Of a stretch of 45,156 nucleotides of DNA, positions 1-8,602 are shown in pieces (position 1 is the first letter of the stretch; each line of letters begins with the position of its first letter). The notes below the pieces were generated by a model. The model did no database searches, was not told the origin of the DNA, and was given only the letters and a program-made list of their open reading frames with translations. Position numbers and translations under genes: made by a program. Source of the stretch: Candidatus Sericytochromatia bacterium (GTDB lineage: Bacteria > Cyanobacteriota > Sericytochromatia > S15B-MN24 > UBA4093); assembly GCA_036676495.1 (NCBI GenBank), contig JAKFCT010000088.1:1-45156 (forward strand), written 5' to 3'.

Positions 1-1
1 C

Positions 2-487
2 GACCTCGGCTACGGCAACGGCGGCTTCCGTAACGCCATCGTCGACGACGAGATCCAGACGATCCTCGGCGGCCTCAAGCCCGGCGTCGGCTTCCTCTTC
101 GTCTCGGACTCCTGCAACTCGGGCACCATCGACCGCAACCGGAACATCGTTCCCCGCGGCCTCGACCTCGCCCCGAACCTCGTGAACCAGACCCCGATGC
201 TGGTCAACACCGCCAAGATGAAGACCTACCAGGCCCGCCTGAACGCCGGCAAGTACCACGTTCTCACCGGCTGCCAGGATGATCAGACCTCGGCCGACGC
301 CTACATCAACCGCCGCTACAACGGCGCCATGACCTACTACATGCTCGAAACCTACAAGAAGGGTGGCAACACCCAGACCTACGGCGACTGGCACAAGAAC
401 ATGGTCTCGGCGATCGCCAAGAACGGCTACGATCAGCGCCCGAACCTGACCGGCCCCACCGGCGCCACGATCTTCAGCATCCTCTAA
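2..487 (+). CDS. Caspase-family (C14) metacaspase, 5'-truncated by window edge
   Basis: Frame 2 is open from the window edge and reads IVDDEI...FLFVSDSCNSGT (catalytic Cys motif) followed by LTGCQDDQTSAD and GAMTYY, typical of metacaspases. Confidence 0.85.
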   Translation, partial: DLGYGNGGFRNAIVDDEIQTILGGLKPGVGFLFVSDSCNSGTIDRNRNIVPRGLDLAPNLVNQTPMLVNTAKMKTYQARLNAGKYHVLTGCQDDQTSADAYINRRYNGAMTYYMLETYKKGGNTQTYGDWHKNMVSAIAKNGYDQRPNLTGPTGATIFSIL

Positions 488-499
488 GCAAAACCCCCT

Positions 500-533
500 G
501 TGAGCCCCCGCGACCCCGGTCGCGGGGGCTCAC
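500..533. terminator. Hairpin after metacaspase
   Basis: Inverted repeat GTGAGCCCCCGCGACC/GGTCGCGGGGGCTCAC just after the stop codon. Confidence 0.65.
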
Positions 534-610
534 GCCTTGCGGCCCTCGGGTCGAGACGCATGCCGCAGCGGCATCCTGTTCCCCTGGCTCTGGAGAAAAG
601 CAGCCGAACG

Positions 611-940
611 ATGACTCACCGCTTCCCCCTTCCCCGCGCGCGTTGGATTCCCGGCCTCCTGGCGATCGGGATGCTCACCGCTTGCAGCCCGAAGGAATCG
701 CCCTCGTACGTCTACACCTGCTCGGAGACCCTTCGCTTCACGGCGCGCTTCGAACCCGAGAGGGCCGTCCTCAGCTTTCCCGATCGGGAGCTTCGCTTGC
801 CTCAAGTCGTCTCGGGCTCGGGCGCACGCTACAGCGACGGGAAGACGACCTTCTGGATCAAGGGAGACTCCGCAAGCCTGGAGATCGACGGAAAAACCTA
901 CCCCGATTGCCGCAGCGAGGCGAACTCGACGCCGGAGTAA
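611..940 (+). CDS. mliC: MliC/PliC-family lysozyme inhibitor lipoprotein
   Basis: Lipobox LTAC; YTC...LPQVVSGSGARY...FWIKG...C signature. Confidence 0.85.
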   Translation: MTHRFPLPRARWIPGLLAIGMLTACSPKESPSYVYTCSETLRFTARFEPERAVLSFPDRELRLPQVVSGSGARYSDGKTTFWIKGDSASLEIDGKTYPDCRSEANSTPE

Positions 941-1044
941 AAGGCCCCCGGGCCTCAGCCCGCGCTCCGTTCCGCAAGTCGAAGAACCGGAAGGACGACA
1001 ATCATCCCAGTGGCTCCGCCGGGATCCTTCTAGCAGGTGCACGC

Positions 1045-1893
1045 ATGCCGGTTTCCCCTCGCGCCGCCAGGCCTCTCAGCCCCCAAAACCCCCAGCGCCC
1101 CGCCTCATCGCTGGGCCAAGCCCACAGGCTGCACGCCATCCCTGCCGATCGGCCGCAGGCAAGTCGAACGGGGACATCCTCGCCAGAGGAGGGCTTCGCC
1201 CAACACCTGGAAGAGGCCATTCAGCTGAATCGCAGCCGGCGAGACGTCTACGATCGGCTCTCGGGGGGCCGCACCCGTTCCCTCTCCAACCAATTGATCC
1301 TCTTGGAGCAGCTCACGCTGCCTTTCGCCTACGTCCTGGATCGCTGGGCGACGCGTTTTCAGGAGCGCGGCCTGCCGGTGCTGAAGGAGGACTTCGTCTC
1401 GATGCAGGACGTCCGCTCGCCCTTCGCCCCGCCGCGCTGGCGCGGCGTCGCGAGCGCGCAGGAGACGGAACGCATCCAGGATTGGCTGGACGGCTACCGC
1501 AAGACGCTCGGGGAGGCCCTCGGACGCAATGACTTCGCCGCCATCGCGCAGGCCTCTCATGATCTGCTCGGGAGGCTGGAGGACGCCGAGCAGGGGCAGC
1601 AGGTTCACTGGGCCATGACCAAGCACCTGGTCGAATCCCTCGGGCTGGCCGCCATGAACGCCCTCGACTACGCCGAGCGAAGCGGGGGCGATACGCTCCG
1701 GCTCTCCCGCACCTTCATTCGCTTCCAGGCCCTGGGTTTGCTGGGCGCCACGAGCGTCGATCGCAAGGCCCAGGGGTTTCATCGCCAGGGAATCGGGATC
1801 GTGGTCAATGATATCCCGGAGATTCCGTTCGCGGATCGCTGGAACGCGCAGCACGAGGAGCGCCGGGAGACGATAGGGCCGAAGGGTCGATAA
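1045..1893 (+). CDS. Hypothetical protein, predicted helical, with low-complexity N-terminus
   Basis: Typical codon usage from ATG 1045; no recognised family; start uncertain. Confidence 0.6.
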   Translation: MPVSPRAARPLSPQNPQRPASSLGQAHRLHAIPADRPQASRTGTSSPEEGFAQHLEEAIQLNRSRRDVYDRLSGGRTRSLSNQLILLEQLTLPFAYVLDRWATRFQERGLPVLKEDFVSMQDVRSPFAPPRWRGVASAQETERIQDWLDGYRKTLGEALGRNDFAAIAQASHDLLGRLEDAEQGQQVHWAMTKHLVESLGLAAMNALDYAERSGGDTLRLSRTFIRFQALGLLGATSVDRKAQGFHRQGIGIVVNDIPEIPFADRWNAQHEERRETIGPKGR

Positions 1894-1904
1894 CGGCCGC
1901 GGGG

Positions 1905-3626
1905 TCAGTAGCGGAGGCCCGCTCCCAGGGTGATGCCGCTGAACGTCTGAGTGAACGTCCCGTCAGCGCTCGCCGCCTGCTCCATCGTGTAACCCAGCGA
2001 AACGTAGCCTTGCATGACGTCCGTGACGAGGCTGGCTCCCCAGCCCCTTCCCGCGAGCGGGAAGATCGCGGGGAAGCCCGGATAGAGGGCGCCCTGAGTT
2101 CCCGGGAAGAGCTTGCCGTGGAGATCCAGGCCGAAGCCCGGAAGGAGCGAGACTTTCAGTTTGCCGGTCAGCGTCGGGCCATAGTAGGTCTGAAGCGGGG
2201 AGAAGGGGAAGGTCGTCCCGGTGCTCTCGCTTTCGACGGTGACCATGCGCCCCATGTAACCGGCCCGCAGCGAGGGCTCCAGGAACGCGAACGGATAGCG
2301 CAGGGTGACGAACGAGCCCAGGGCGGCATCCGTGCGATGCTGGCGGACGCTCTCGACCGTCAGGTCGTAAAACAGGACCCGGGCGTCGAGCCCCGCTCCC
2401 AGGTAGGGCATGAACCAGTGCTCGAGGTCGAAGCCGTTGAGACCCGCGGGGTAGGCAAAAGAGGGAGCGGGGCCGCCGTACTCTTCCAGGGTCTCGATCT
2501 GCTGCCAGCGTAGCTGGAAGGTCGAGCCGTGGCCCTTCGAAGGGAGACGGTCGGGAGGCAGCACCGATTCCGCGGCTGCCGGAGGGTCAGCCGAGGCAGG
2601 CTCGGCACTCTTCGGGGTCTCGCTTTGCGGGCGAGAGGCCGGCGCGGGCCAGGGGCTGAAAGGATCGGGAGGCGCCGTCGGAGCAGGGCTGGCTGGCCTG
2701 ACGTCTGCCGGGATGATCACCACCGGCTGACCGGATACCGGCTGACCGGATACCGGCTGACCGGATACCGGCTGACCGGAAGCAGACGGCGCGGAGGGCC
2801 GAGGACTGGAGGCCGGAGGGCCGGAAACCGGCGGACCGGAGATCGGCTCGCGCGAGGCGGGGGACGGTTTCGGGACCCAGCCCGGAACCGGGGGAGGTGT
2901 CCACTGGGGCTTGGGAGCCGGATCGGAGGCCGTCGTCCCCGGCGCCGGAGTCGATGCCGGAGCCGCAGGGCGCGGAGCGGCGGGGCGGGGCGTTGGGGAG
3001 GCGGCAGGAGCCGGCAAACGCGTGATGCGCTCGGGCTCCGGAAGGGGCGGGACGGGCGCATCCGGCACGATCGGAGCGGGCCGCAAAGGGGCGGAAGCCG
3101 GAAGGCCCGGAAGACTCTCGAGATCGCGCTCCCCCTGCGGAGGCGCCGGGTTGGCCAGGGTGATCATGAGCTTTCCGCCCGGCTGGCTAATCTTGACCAT
3201 GGGCTCGAAGCCCGGCATCAGGTCGACCACCACCCGAACCACCGCTGGAACGAACGAGTTCTGACCGATCCGGATGGAGCGGATCCGGGTGCTCTTGACC
3301 TGGACGATCGGGACGGGCTGTCCCAGCGGGAGCCGAGCCTCGGAGAGGTCGATGACCAGGCGATCCGGATGCTTGATCCGCTGGGTGCGGACGGAGACCG
3401 AGCCGGCGATCCCGATCGTGATCAGCCGCTGGGTCTCGTCGTAGGTCATGCCGGTGACGCCGACCGGAGCGGCGAGAGCCGGTGCGGGGAACCCGCCCAC
3501 GAGCAGCAAGGCCGCTGCGGCCAGGCGGACGGCCAGGACGGTCAGGCCAGCGGCCGGCGCCGCGTCGCCTGGGACGACGCCGGTGCGCCTGCTGGAACGA
3601 CCCAAGGACCTGGGAAACGGGCTCAT
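1905..3626 (-). CDS. Exported protein: AMIN domain + Pro-rich linker + predicted outer-membrane beta-barrel
   Basis: Signal peptide ending PALA; AMIN motifs PDRLVIDL and IRSIRIGQ...VVRVVVDL; long P/A/S linker; amphipathic strands ending ITLGAGLRY. Confidence 0.75.
   Translation of the reverse strand: MSPFPRSLGRSSRRTGVVPGDAAPAAGLTVLAVRLAAAALLLVGGFPAPALAAPVGVTGMTYDETQRLITIGIAGSVSVRTQRIKHPDRLVIDLSEARLPLGQPVPIVQVKSTRIRSIRIGQNSFVPAVVRVVVDLMPGFEPMVKISQPGGKLMITLANPAPPQGERDLESLPGLPASAPLRPAPIVPDAPVPPLPEPERITRLPAPAASPTPRPAAPRPAAPASTPAPGTTASDPAPKPQWTPPPVPGWVPKPSPASREPISGPPVSGPPASSPRPSAPSASGQPVSGQPVSGQPVSGQPVVIIPADVRPASPAPTAPPDPFSPWPAPASRPQSETPKSAEPASADPPAAAESVLPPDRLPSKGHGSTFQLRWQQIETLEEYGGPAPSFAYPAGLNGFDLEHWFMPYLGAGLDARVLFYDLTVESVRQHRTDAALGSFVTLRYPFAFLEPSLRAGYMGRMVTVESESTGTTFPFSPLQTYYGPTLTGKLKVSLLPGFGLDLHGKLFPGTQGALYPGFPAIFPLAGRGWGASLVTDVMQGYVSLGYTMEQAASADGTFTQTFSGITLGAGLRY
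2722..2780. repeat. 15-bp tandem repeat, about 4 copies (encodes QPVSG)
   Basis: ACCGGCTGACCGGAT at 2722, 2737, 2752 and 2767 (last copy 14/15). Confidence 0.95.
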
Positions 3627-4618
3627 TACGCCTCCGAGAGCGAGGGTTCCTCACGACGAACGCGGTCGAAGACCAGGCCCGCTGCTCCGATCATACCCGC
3701 CTTCTCCCCGAGTTCCGCCATCCGGACCCGATCGGGATCCCAGGCGCGCTCGCCGTAACGGGCGGCGACTGCTTCGCGGACCATCGGAAGGAAGAGATCG
3801 CCTTGCTCTCCGACGCCTCCACCGAGCAGGATCCGCTCGGGGTCGAGGAAGTTGACGATCGTGACGATGGCCGTGGCCAGGTGCTCGGCCATCTCGCGGA
3901 TGAGCCCGAGGGCGTTCGCGTCGCCTTCGCGCGCCAGCTGGAAGAGCTGGTAGCTGGAGGGAGCGGGGCTCCAGTGGCCGGAGCGCGCGGCGGCCTTGCC
4001 GAGGGCGGTCCCGGAGACGTAGGATTCGAGGCAGCCGTTCTGCCCGCAGTTGCAGGGCAGGCCGTTCGGCACCAGGATGGTGTGGCCGATTTCCGCGCCG
4101 CCGGCCCGCGAACCGTGGACGAGCCGGCCGTCGACGAGGATGCCGCCCCCGAGGCCGGTTCCGATGGTCATCATGACCAGGTCGGAGACTCCCTGGCCGC
4201 CCCCGCACCAGGCCTCACCGAAGGTGGCGGCGTTGCCGTCGTTATCGGCGACCACCACGAGCTCCGGGAAGTGGGAGGAGAAGGCGGCGCGCAGGTTCTC
4301 GGCGATCGCCATCCCCGACCAGCCGGGCAGGTTGGGGGTGCAGTAGAGGACCTTGCCGGTCTGGGCGTCGATGTGTCCGGCCGAGCTCACGCCGATGCCC
4401 ACGAGGGAGTCGCGCTGCTCGGGCTCCAGGGAGGCGATCGCCTCACTGGCAGCCAGTTCGAGGGCCTGCATGATGGCGGGCCCTCCGCCCTCGGCAGGCG
4501 TCGGGAAGCGCCAGGTCCTGAGGACCTTACCCGTCTCGTCGACCAGGCCGGCGAGAACCTTGGTGCCCCCGAGGTCGAGACCCAGGGCGAGGCGGGGCGA
4601 GCTTTTGAAGCTAGGCAT
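3626..4618 (-). CDS. ROK-family sugar kinase (NanK/glucokinase-like)
   Basis: GLDLGGTK, DNDGNAA, GTGLGGG, EIGH...CNCGQNGCLE motifs; adjacent to nanE. Confidence 0.9.
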   Translation of the reverse strand: MPSFKSSPRLALGLDLGGTKVLAGLVDETGKVLRTWRFPTPAEGGGPAIMQALELAASEAIASLEPEQRDSLVGIGVSSAGHIDAQTGKVLYCTPNLPGWSGMAIAENLRAAFSSHFPELVVVADNDGNAATFGEAWCGGGQGVSDLVMMTIGTGLGGGILVDGRLVHGSRAGGAEIGHTILVPNGLPCNCGQNGCLESYVSGTALGKAAARSGHWSPAPSSYQLFQLAREGDANALGLIREMAEHLATAIVTIVNFLDPERILLGGGVGEQGDLFLPMVREAVAARYGERAWDPDRVRMAELGEKAGMIGAAGLVFDRVRREEPSLSEA

Positions 4619-5330
4619 GGCGGCGAATCTCCTGCACGAAGCGAGCGGCGATGAGCTGCGGACGGGTGATGGCGGAGCCCACGACCACGGCCCAGGAGCC
4701 GAGTTCGAGCGCCTTGCGGGCCTCCTGGGGCTGCCAGATCCGGCCTTCCATCAGAACGGGGACCGGGACGTCCCGGATCAGGGCTTCGAGAAGCGCCCAG
4801 TCGGGACCTTCCTGCTGGGGGCTCTGGGGGGTGTAGCCCGAAAGCGTCGGCGCGACCGCGTCCGCTCCCGCCTGGACGGCCCGCACGGCCTCCGAAAGGG
4901 TGGAGACGTCGGCCAGGACCGGACGGTTCAGCTCATGGTGGATGCGCGCGATGGTCTCTTCCAGGGTGAGGCCGTCGGGCCGGACGGCCGTGGTGGCATC
5001 GAGGGCGACGACGTCGGCGCCCGCATGGACGACCATGCAGGCGCTCTCGAAGGTCGGGGTGATGTAAACCGGGACTCCCTCCTGGCGGATCTTGTAGAGG
5101 CCCAGGATGGGGAGGTCGACGGCGTCGCGGATGGCCCGGATATCGCGGGGGCCCTCGGCCCGGATGGCCACGGCTCCCGCCTGGAGGGCGGCGCGGGCCA
5201 TGCCCGCCATGCAGCCATGGAGGGGTTCGTCGTCACTCGCTTGGCAGGAGACGACGAGCCCTCCGCGGATGCGGGCGAAAACGCCGTCAGCGGGGCTCGC
5301 CGCGCCGTGGTTCGCCGCTTCGTGGCTCAT
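4611..5330 (-). CDS. nanE: N-acetylmannosamine-6-phosphate 2-epimerase
   Basis: GLVVSCQA, VYITPT, PTLSGYT, EGRI, VVVGSAITRP motifs. Confidence 0.93.
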   Translation of the reverse strand: MSHEAANHGAASPADGVFARIRGGLVVSCQASDDEPLHGCMAGMARAALQAGAVAIRAEGPRDIRAIRDAVDLPILGLYKIRQEGVPVYITPTFESACMVVHAGADVVALDATTAVRPDGLTLEETIARIHHELNRPVLADVSTLSEAVRAVQAGADAVAPTLSGYTPQSPQQEGPDWALLEALIRDVPVPVLMEGRIWQPQEARKALELGSWAVVVGSAITRPQLIAARFVQEIRRHA

Positions 5331-6877
5331 TCAAGGGGCCCCACGGCGGCTTCGACGGCAGCCAGCAGGGAGCCGTCGCGGATCATGGCGACCATGCGAT
5401 CGATGTCCTCGCGGGCGTAGCGGTCGGCCGAGAGGTGATCGATCCGGCGGCGGATCGCCTGATGGGCCGCATGCGCTCCGGTTCCGGGCTTCAAGGGAGC
5501 CCGGAAGTCCAGCCCCTGGGCCGCGCAGAGGAACTCGACGGCGAGCACGTGCTCGACGTTGCCCAGCACCGAGCGGGCCTTGCGAGCGGAGGTGGTGCCC
5601 ATGCTGACGTGGTCTTCCTGGCCGGCCGAGGTCGGGATGGAGTCCACGCAGGAGGGGTGCGAGAGGACCTTGTTCTCGGAGACCAGGGAGGCCGCCGTGT
5701 ACTGGATGATCATGTAGCCCGAGTTGAGGCCGCCTTCCTCGGCGAGGAACATGGGCAGGCCATTCGAGTAGGCGGCGTTCACCAGGCGCTCGGTGCGGCG
5801 CTCGGAGATGTTGGCGAACTCGGCGAGGGCGATCGCCGTGAAGTCCATGGCCAGGGCCAAGGGCTGGCCGTGGAAGTGGCCTCCGGTGAGGACCTCGTCC
5901 TGATCCGGGAAGATCAGGGGGTTGTCGGTGGCGGAGTTCAGCTCGATCTCGAAGACCCGGATGGCATGATCGAGGGCGTCCCGGCTGGCGCCGTGCACCT
6001 GGGGGGCGCAGCGCAGCGAGTAGGCGTCCTGAACCCGGTCGCAGCCGGCATGCGAGGCGATCAGCCCCGAGCCTTCCGTGAGGCGGGTGAGGTTTCGGGC
6101 CGAGGCCATCTGGCCGGGATGCGGCCGGGCCTGATGGAAGAAGTCCAGGTAGGCGCGGTTCGAGCCCAGGGTGGCCTCCAGGGTCATCGAACAGGCGATG
6201 TCGGCCAGTTTGGCGAGGTTGCGGGCTTGTTCAAGCACGAGCGAGCCGATGCCGGCCATGGCCTGGGTACCGTTGATGAGCGCGAGGCCTTCCTTGGCGG
6301 AGAGCTGGATGGGGGCGAGGCCCGCGCGGGCGAGGGCTTCGGCGCCCGGCAGGATCTCTCCCTCGAACTCGGCGAAGCCTTCACCGATCAGCACCAGGGC
6401 GAGGTGCGAAAGAGGGGCCAAGTCGCCGCTGGCTCCGACCGATCCCTGGGCGGGGATCTGGGGATGGACGCGGCGGTTGATCAGCTCGACCAGCAGGTCG
6501 ACGACCTCGGGGCGGATGCCCGAGAAGCCCTTGGCGAGGGCGTTGGCCCGCAAGAGCAGCATGGCCCGGACGGCGTCGGTGGGAAGCGCGGGGCCCACGC
6601 CGGCGGCGTGGCTGCGCAGGAGGTTGTGCTGGAGCGCCTCGACGGCGTCTTGGGGAATCCGGCGGTTCTTGAAGTAGCCGAAGCCGGTGGTGACGCCGTA
6701 GACGACGCGGTCTTCCTCCAGCAGCTTCTCCACGTAGGCGCGGGAGCGGGCCATGGCCACGCGGCTCTCGGGGGTGAGGGCGACCGGCTGGTGATCGACG
6801 GCCACGCGGCGGACGTCGACGAGGGAGAGCCCCGCGCCGTCGAGGGCGAGCGGGGCGAGGGTCTCGAGTATCGTCAT
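5327..6877 (-). CDS. hutH: Histidine ammonia-lyase
   Basis: VYGVTTGFG, MIO motif SVGASGDLAPL, QDAYSLRC, NSATDNP, QEDHVSMG; ATG 6877 overlaps the upstream stop. Confidence 0.95.
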   Translation of the reverse strand: MTILETLAPLALDGAGLSLVDVRRVAVDHQPVALTPESRVAMARSRAYVEKLLEEDRVVYGVTTGFGYFKNRRIPQDAVEALQHNLLRSHAAGVGPALPTDAVRAMLLLRANALAKGFSGIRPEVVDLLVELINRRVHPQIPAQGSVGASGDLAPLSHLALVLIGEGFAEFEGEILPGAEALARAGLAPIQLSAKEGLALINGTQAMAGIGSLVLEQARNLAKLADIACSMTLEATLGSNRAYLDFFHQARPHPGQMASARNLTRLTEGSGLIASHAGCDRVQDAYSLRCAPQVHGASRDALDHAIRVFEIELNSATDNPLIFPDQDEVLTGGHFHGQPLALAMDFTAIALAEFANISERRTERLVNAAYSNGLPMFLAEEGGLNSGYMIIQYTAASLVSENKVLSHPSCVDSIPTSAGQEDHVSMGTTSARKARSVLGNVEHVLAVEFLCAAQGLDFRAPLKPGTGAHAAHQAIRRRIDHLSADRYAREDIDRMVAMIRDGSLLAAVEAAVGPLE

Positions 6878-7551
6878 GGCTTGAGCAGTCCCTCCAGGGC
6901 GGGGATCTTCTCGGTCAGGAGGCCGTGCAGGGTCTCGCGCAGCTCGCGGCGGCGCATGAGCAGTTGCTCGCACTCGGCGCGCTTCACCGCGACCCAGTCC
7001 TGGTCCTTGATCGAGCCCAGGTTGATGGCGACGTTGAGGATGGCGCCTTCGAGGCCGGCGACGGCGAGAATGCCCGCGACTCCGGCGTCGGAGGCGCAGT
7101 TGGAGTTGCCCTGCGAGAGGGCGACGAGGGCGAGCTCGGCGGCGGCGAGGCATTCATGGGCGACTTCGAGGGGAACCTCGGCGGCGCCCTTGGTGGCGTC
7201 CTGGATGGCCTGGGAGCGGAGGGCCTTCTCCTCGTCGGTGGCCTTGGGCAGCTTGAAGGCCGCCATGACCGCGTCGAAGGCCTGGGAGTCGCGGTCGACC
7301 GCCTCGGAGAGGGTCTGGGCGATCGCGTGGCCCTGCTCGATCAGGATCTCCATCCCGTCGAATTCGGTGCCGGCGGGCATCTGCTTGCCCTGGGTGAGGG
7401 TGCCGACCATGGAGACCAGGGCGCCCGCCATGGCTCCGGCGTAGGCGGAGACCGAGCCGCCCCCGGGGGTGGGGGCGTCGGAGGCGAGCCGCTTGAGGAA
7501 CTCCTCCATTGGGAGGGCCATCAGGGGCTTAGCGAGAGACGAGTTCAGCAT
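6874..7551 (-). CDS. Formiminotetrahydrofolate cyclodeaminase / cyclohydrolase (FTCD C-terminal family)
   Basis: LASDAPTPGGGSVSA, GNSNCASDAGVA, NVAINL motifs; start 7551 or 7521. Confidence 0.9.
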   Translation of the reverse strand: MLNSSLAKPLMALPMEEFLKRLASDAPTPGGGSVSAYAGAMAGALVSMVGTLTQGKQMPAGTEFDGMEILIEQGHAIAQTLSEAVDRDSQAFDAVMAAFKLPKATDEEKALRSQAIQDATKGAAEVPLEVAHECLAAAELALVALSQGNSNCASDAGVAGILAVAGLEGAILNVAINLGSIKDQDWVAVKRAECEQLLMRRRELRETLHGLLTEKIPALEGLLKP

Positions 7552-8458
7552 CGGACGCTTTCTCCATAATCGTGTTCTCGAGCACGAGGGACGGGCTCCA
7601 GTTCTCAATCTGCAAGTAGTAGGCCGCGGCGTCCATGAGAGCGGCCTGAGGGACCAGCCCGATCACTTCCGAGCCGATCACCGGGACGCCGAAGCGCGCG
7701 GCTTCCGCCTTCACCAGCTCCTGTACCCGGTAAAGGGGCGTTTTCTCATAGTTCAAGAGGTTCATGGAGACCTGGGCCACGTTGCGATCCGCGAGAAAGA
7801 CGCCCATGGCCTGGACGTTCATCAGGCCGCCGGACGACGCGCGAACGGCCTTGGAGATGGCCTGGGCGATCGCGAGATCGGGGGTGCCGAGCTGGATGTT
7901 GTAGGCGATCAGGAAGGGGCGGGCGCCGAAGGCCGACGCTCCGAGCTTCGGGTGGGGCTGGCCGGGGCCGAAGTCGGGAGCCCAGCAGGCCTCTTGCATC
8001 TTGGTGGCGAGGCCCTCGAACTCTCCCTTGCGGATGTTGGAGAGGAGCTTGCACTCGGGGCGCTTGGCGGCCTCGGCGTAGAGGAAGACGGGAACGTCGA
8101 AGCGATCGGCGACGGCGGCGCCGATCTCCTCGGAGAGCTTGACGCAGTCCGCCATGGTGGCGTTGCGAACGGGGATGAAGGGCACGACGTCCACGGCGCC
8201 CATGCGGGGGTGCTCGCCCGTGTGCTGCGTGAGGTCGACGTGCTTGGCGACCTCGGCGTAGAGGGCCAGGATGGCCTCCTTGAGGCCTTCGGGCGAGCCC
8301 ACCAGGGTGAGCACGGTCCGGTTATGGTCGACGTCCGAGGAGCGATCCAGCAGGATCACGCCGGGGACGCGGGAGACGGCATTGGCGACGGCGTCGACCA
8401 CCTCGGGGCGGCGGCCTTCGCTGAAGTTGGGGACGCATTCGATCAGCTGAGTTGCCAT
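7529..8458 (-). CDS. ftcD: Glutamate formimidoyltransferase
   Basis: LIECVPNFSEGR, DHNRTV, GEHPRMGAVDVVPF, GARPFLIAYN, QVSMNL motifs. Confidence 0.95.
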   Translation of the reverse strand: MATQLIECVPNFSEGRRPEVVDAVANAVSRVPGVILLDRSSDVDHNRTVLTLVGSPEGLKEAILALYAEVAKHVDLTQHTGEHPRMGAVDVVPFIPVRNATMADCVKLSEEIGAAVADRFDVPVFLYAEAAKRPECKLLSNIRKGEFEGLATKMQEACWAPDFGPGQPHPKLGASAFGARPFLIAYNIQLGTPDLAIAQAISKAVRASSGGLMNVQAMGVFLADRNVAQVSMNLLNYEKTPLYRVQELVKAEAARFGVPVIGSEVIGLVPQAALMDAAAYYLQIENWSPSLVLENTIMEKASDAELVSR

Positions 8459-8549
8459 GAGATCCTTCCAACAGTCCAGTCGAGAGGGAGAACGTGGCCT
8501 CTATCTTACCGCCTGGAGGCTCCTTCGCCCAGGGGAGGGCGCGAAACGA

Positions 8550-8583
8550 CGGCCCGCCGAACCCCGTGGGATTCGGCGGGCCG
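8550..8583 (-). terminator. Hairpin after M13 peptidase
   Basis: CGGCCCGCCGAA...TTCGGCGGGCCG inverted repeat. Confidence 0.6.
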
Positions 8584-8602
8584 CGAGTTCAAGTGGAACG
8601 CC

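Noticed and set aside
2-487. Metacaspase as part of an anti-phage or cell-death system
   Set aside because: Upstream context is outside the window and downstream genes are not defence-like, so it cannot be supported here
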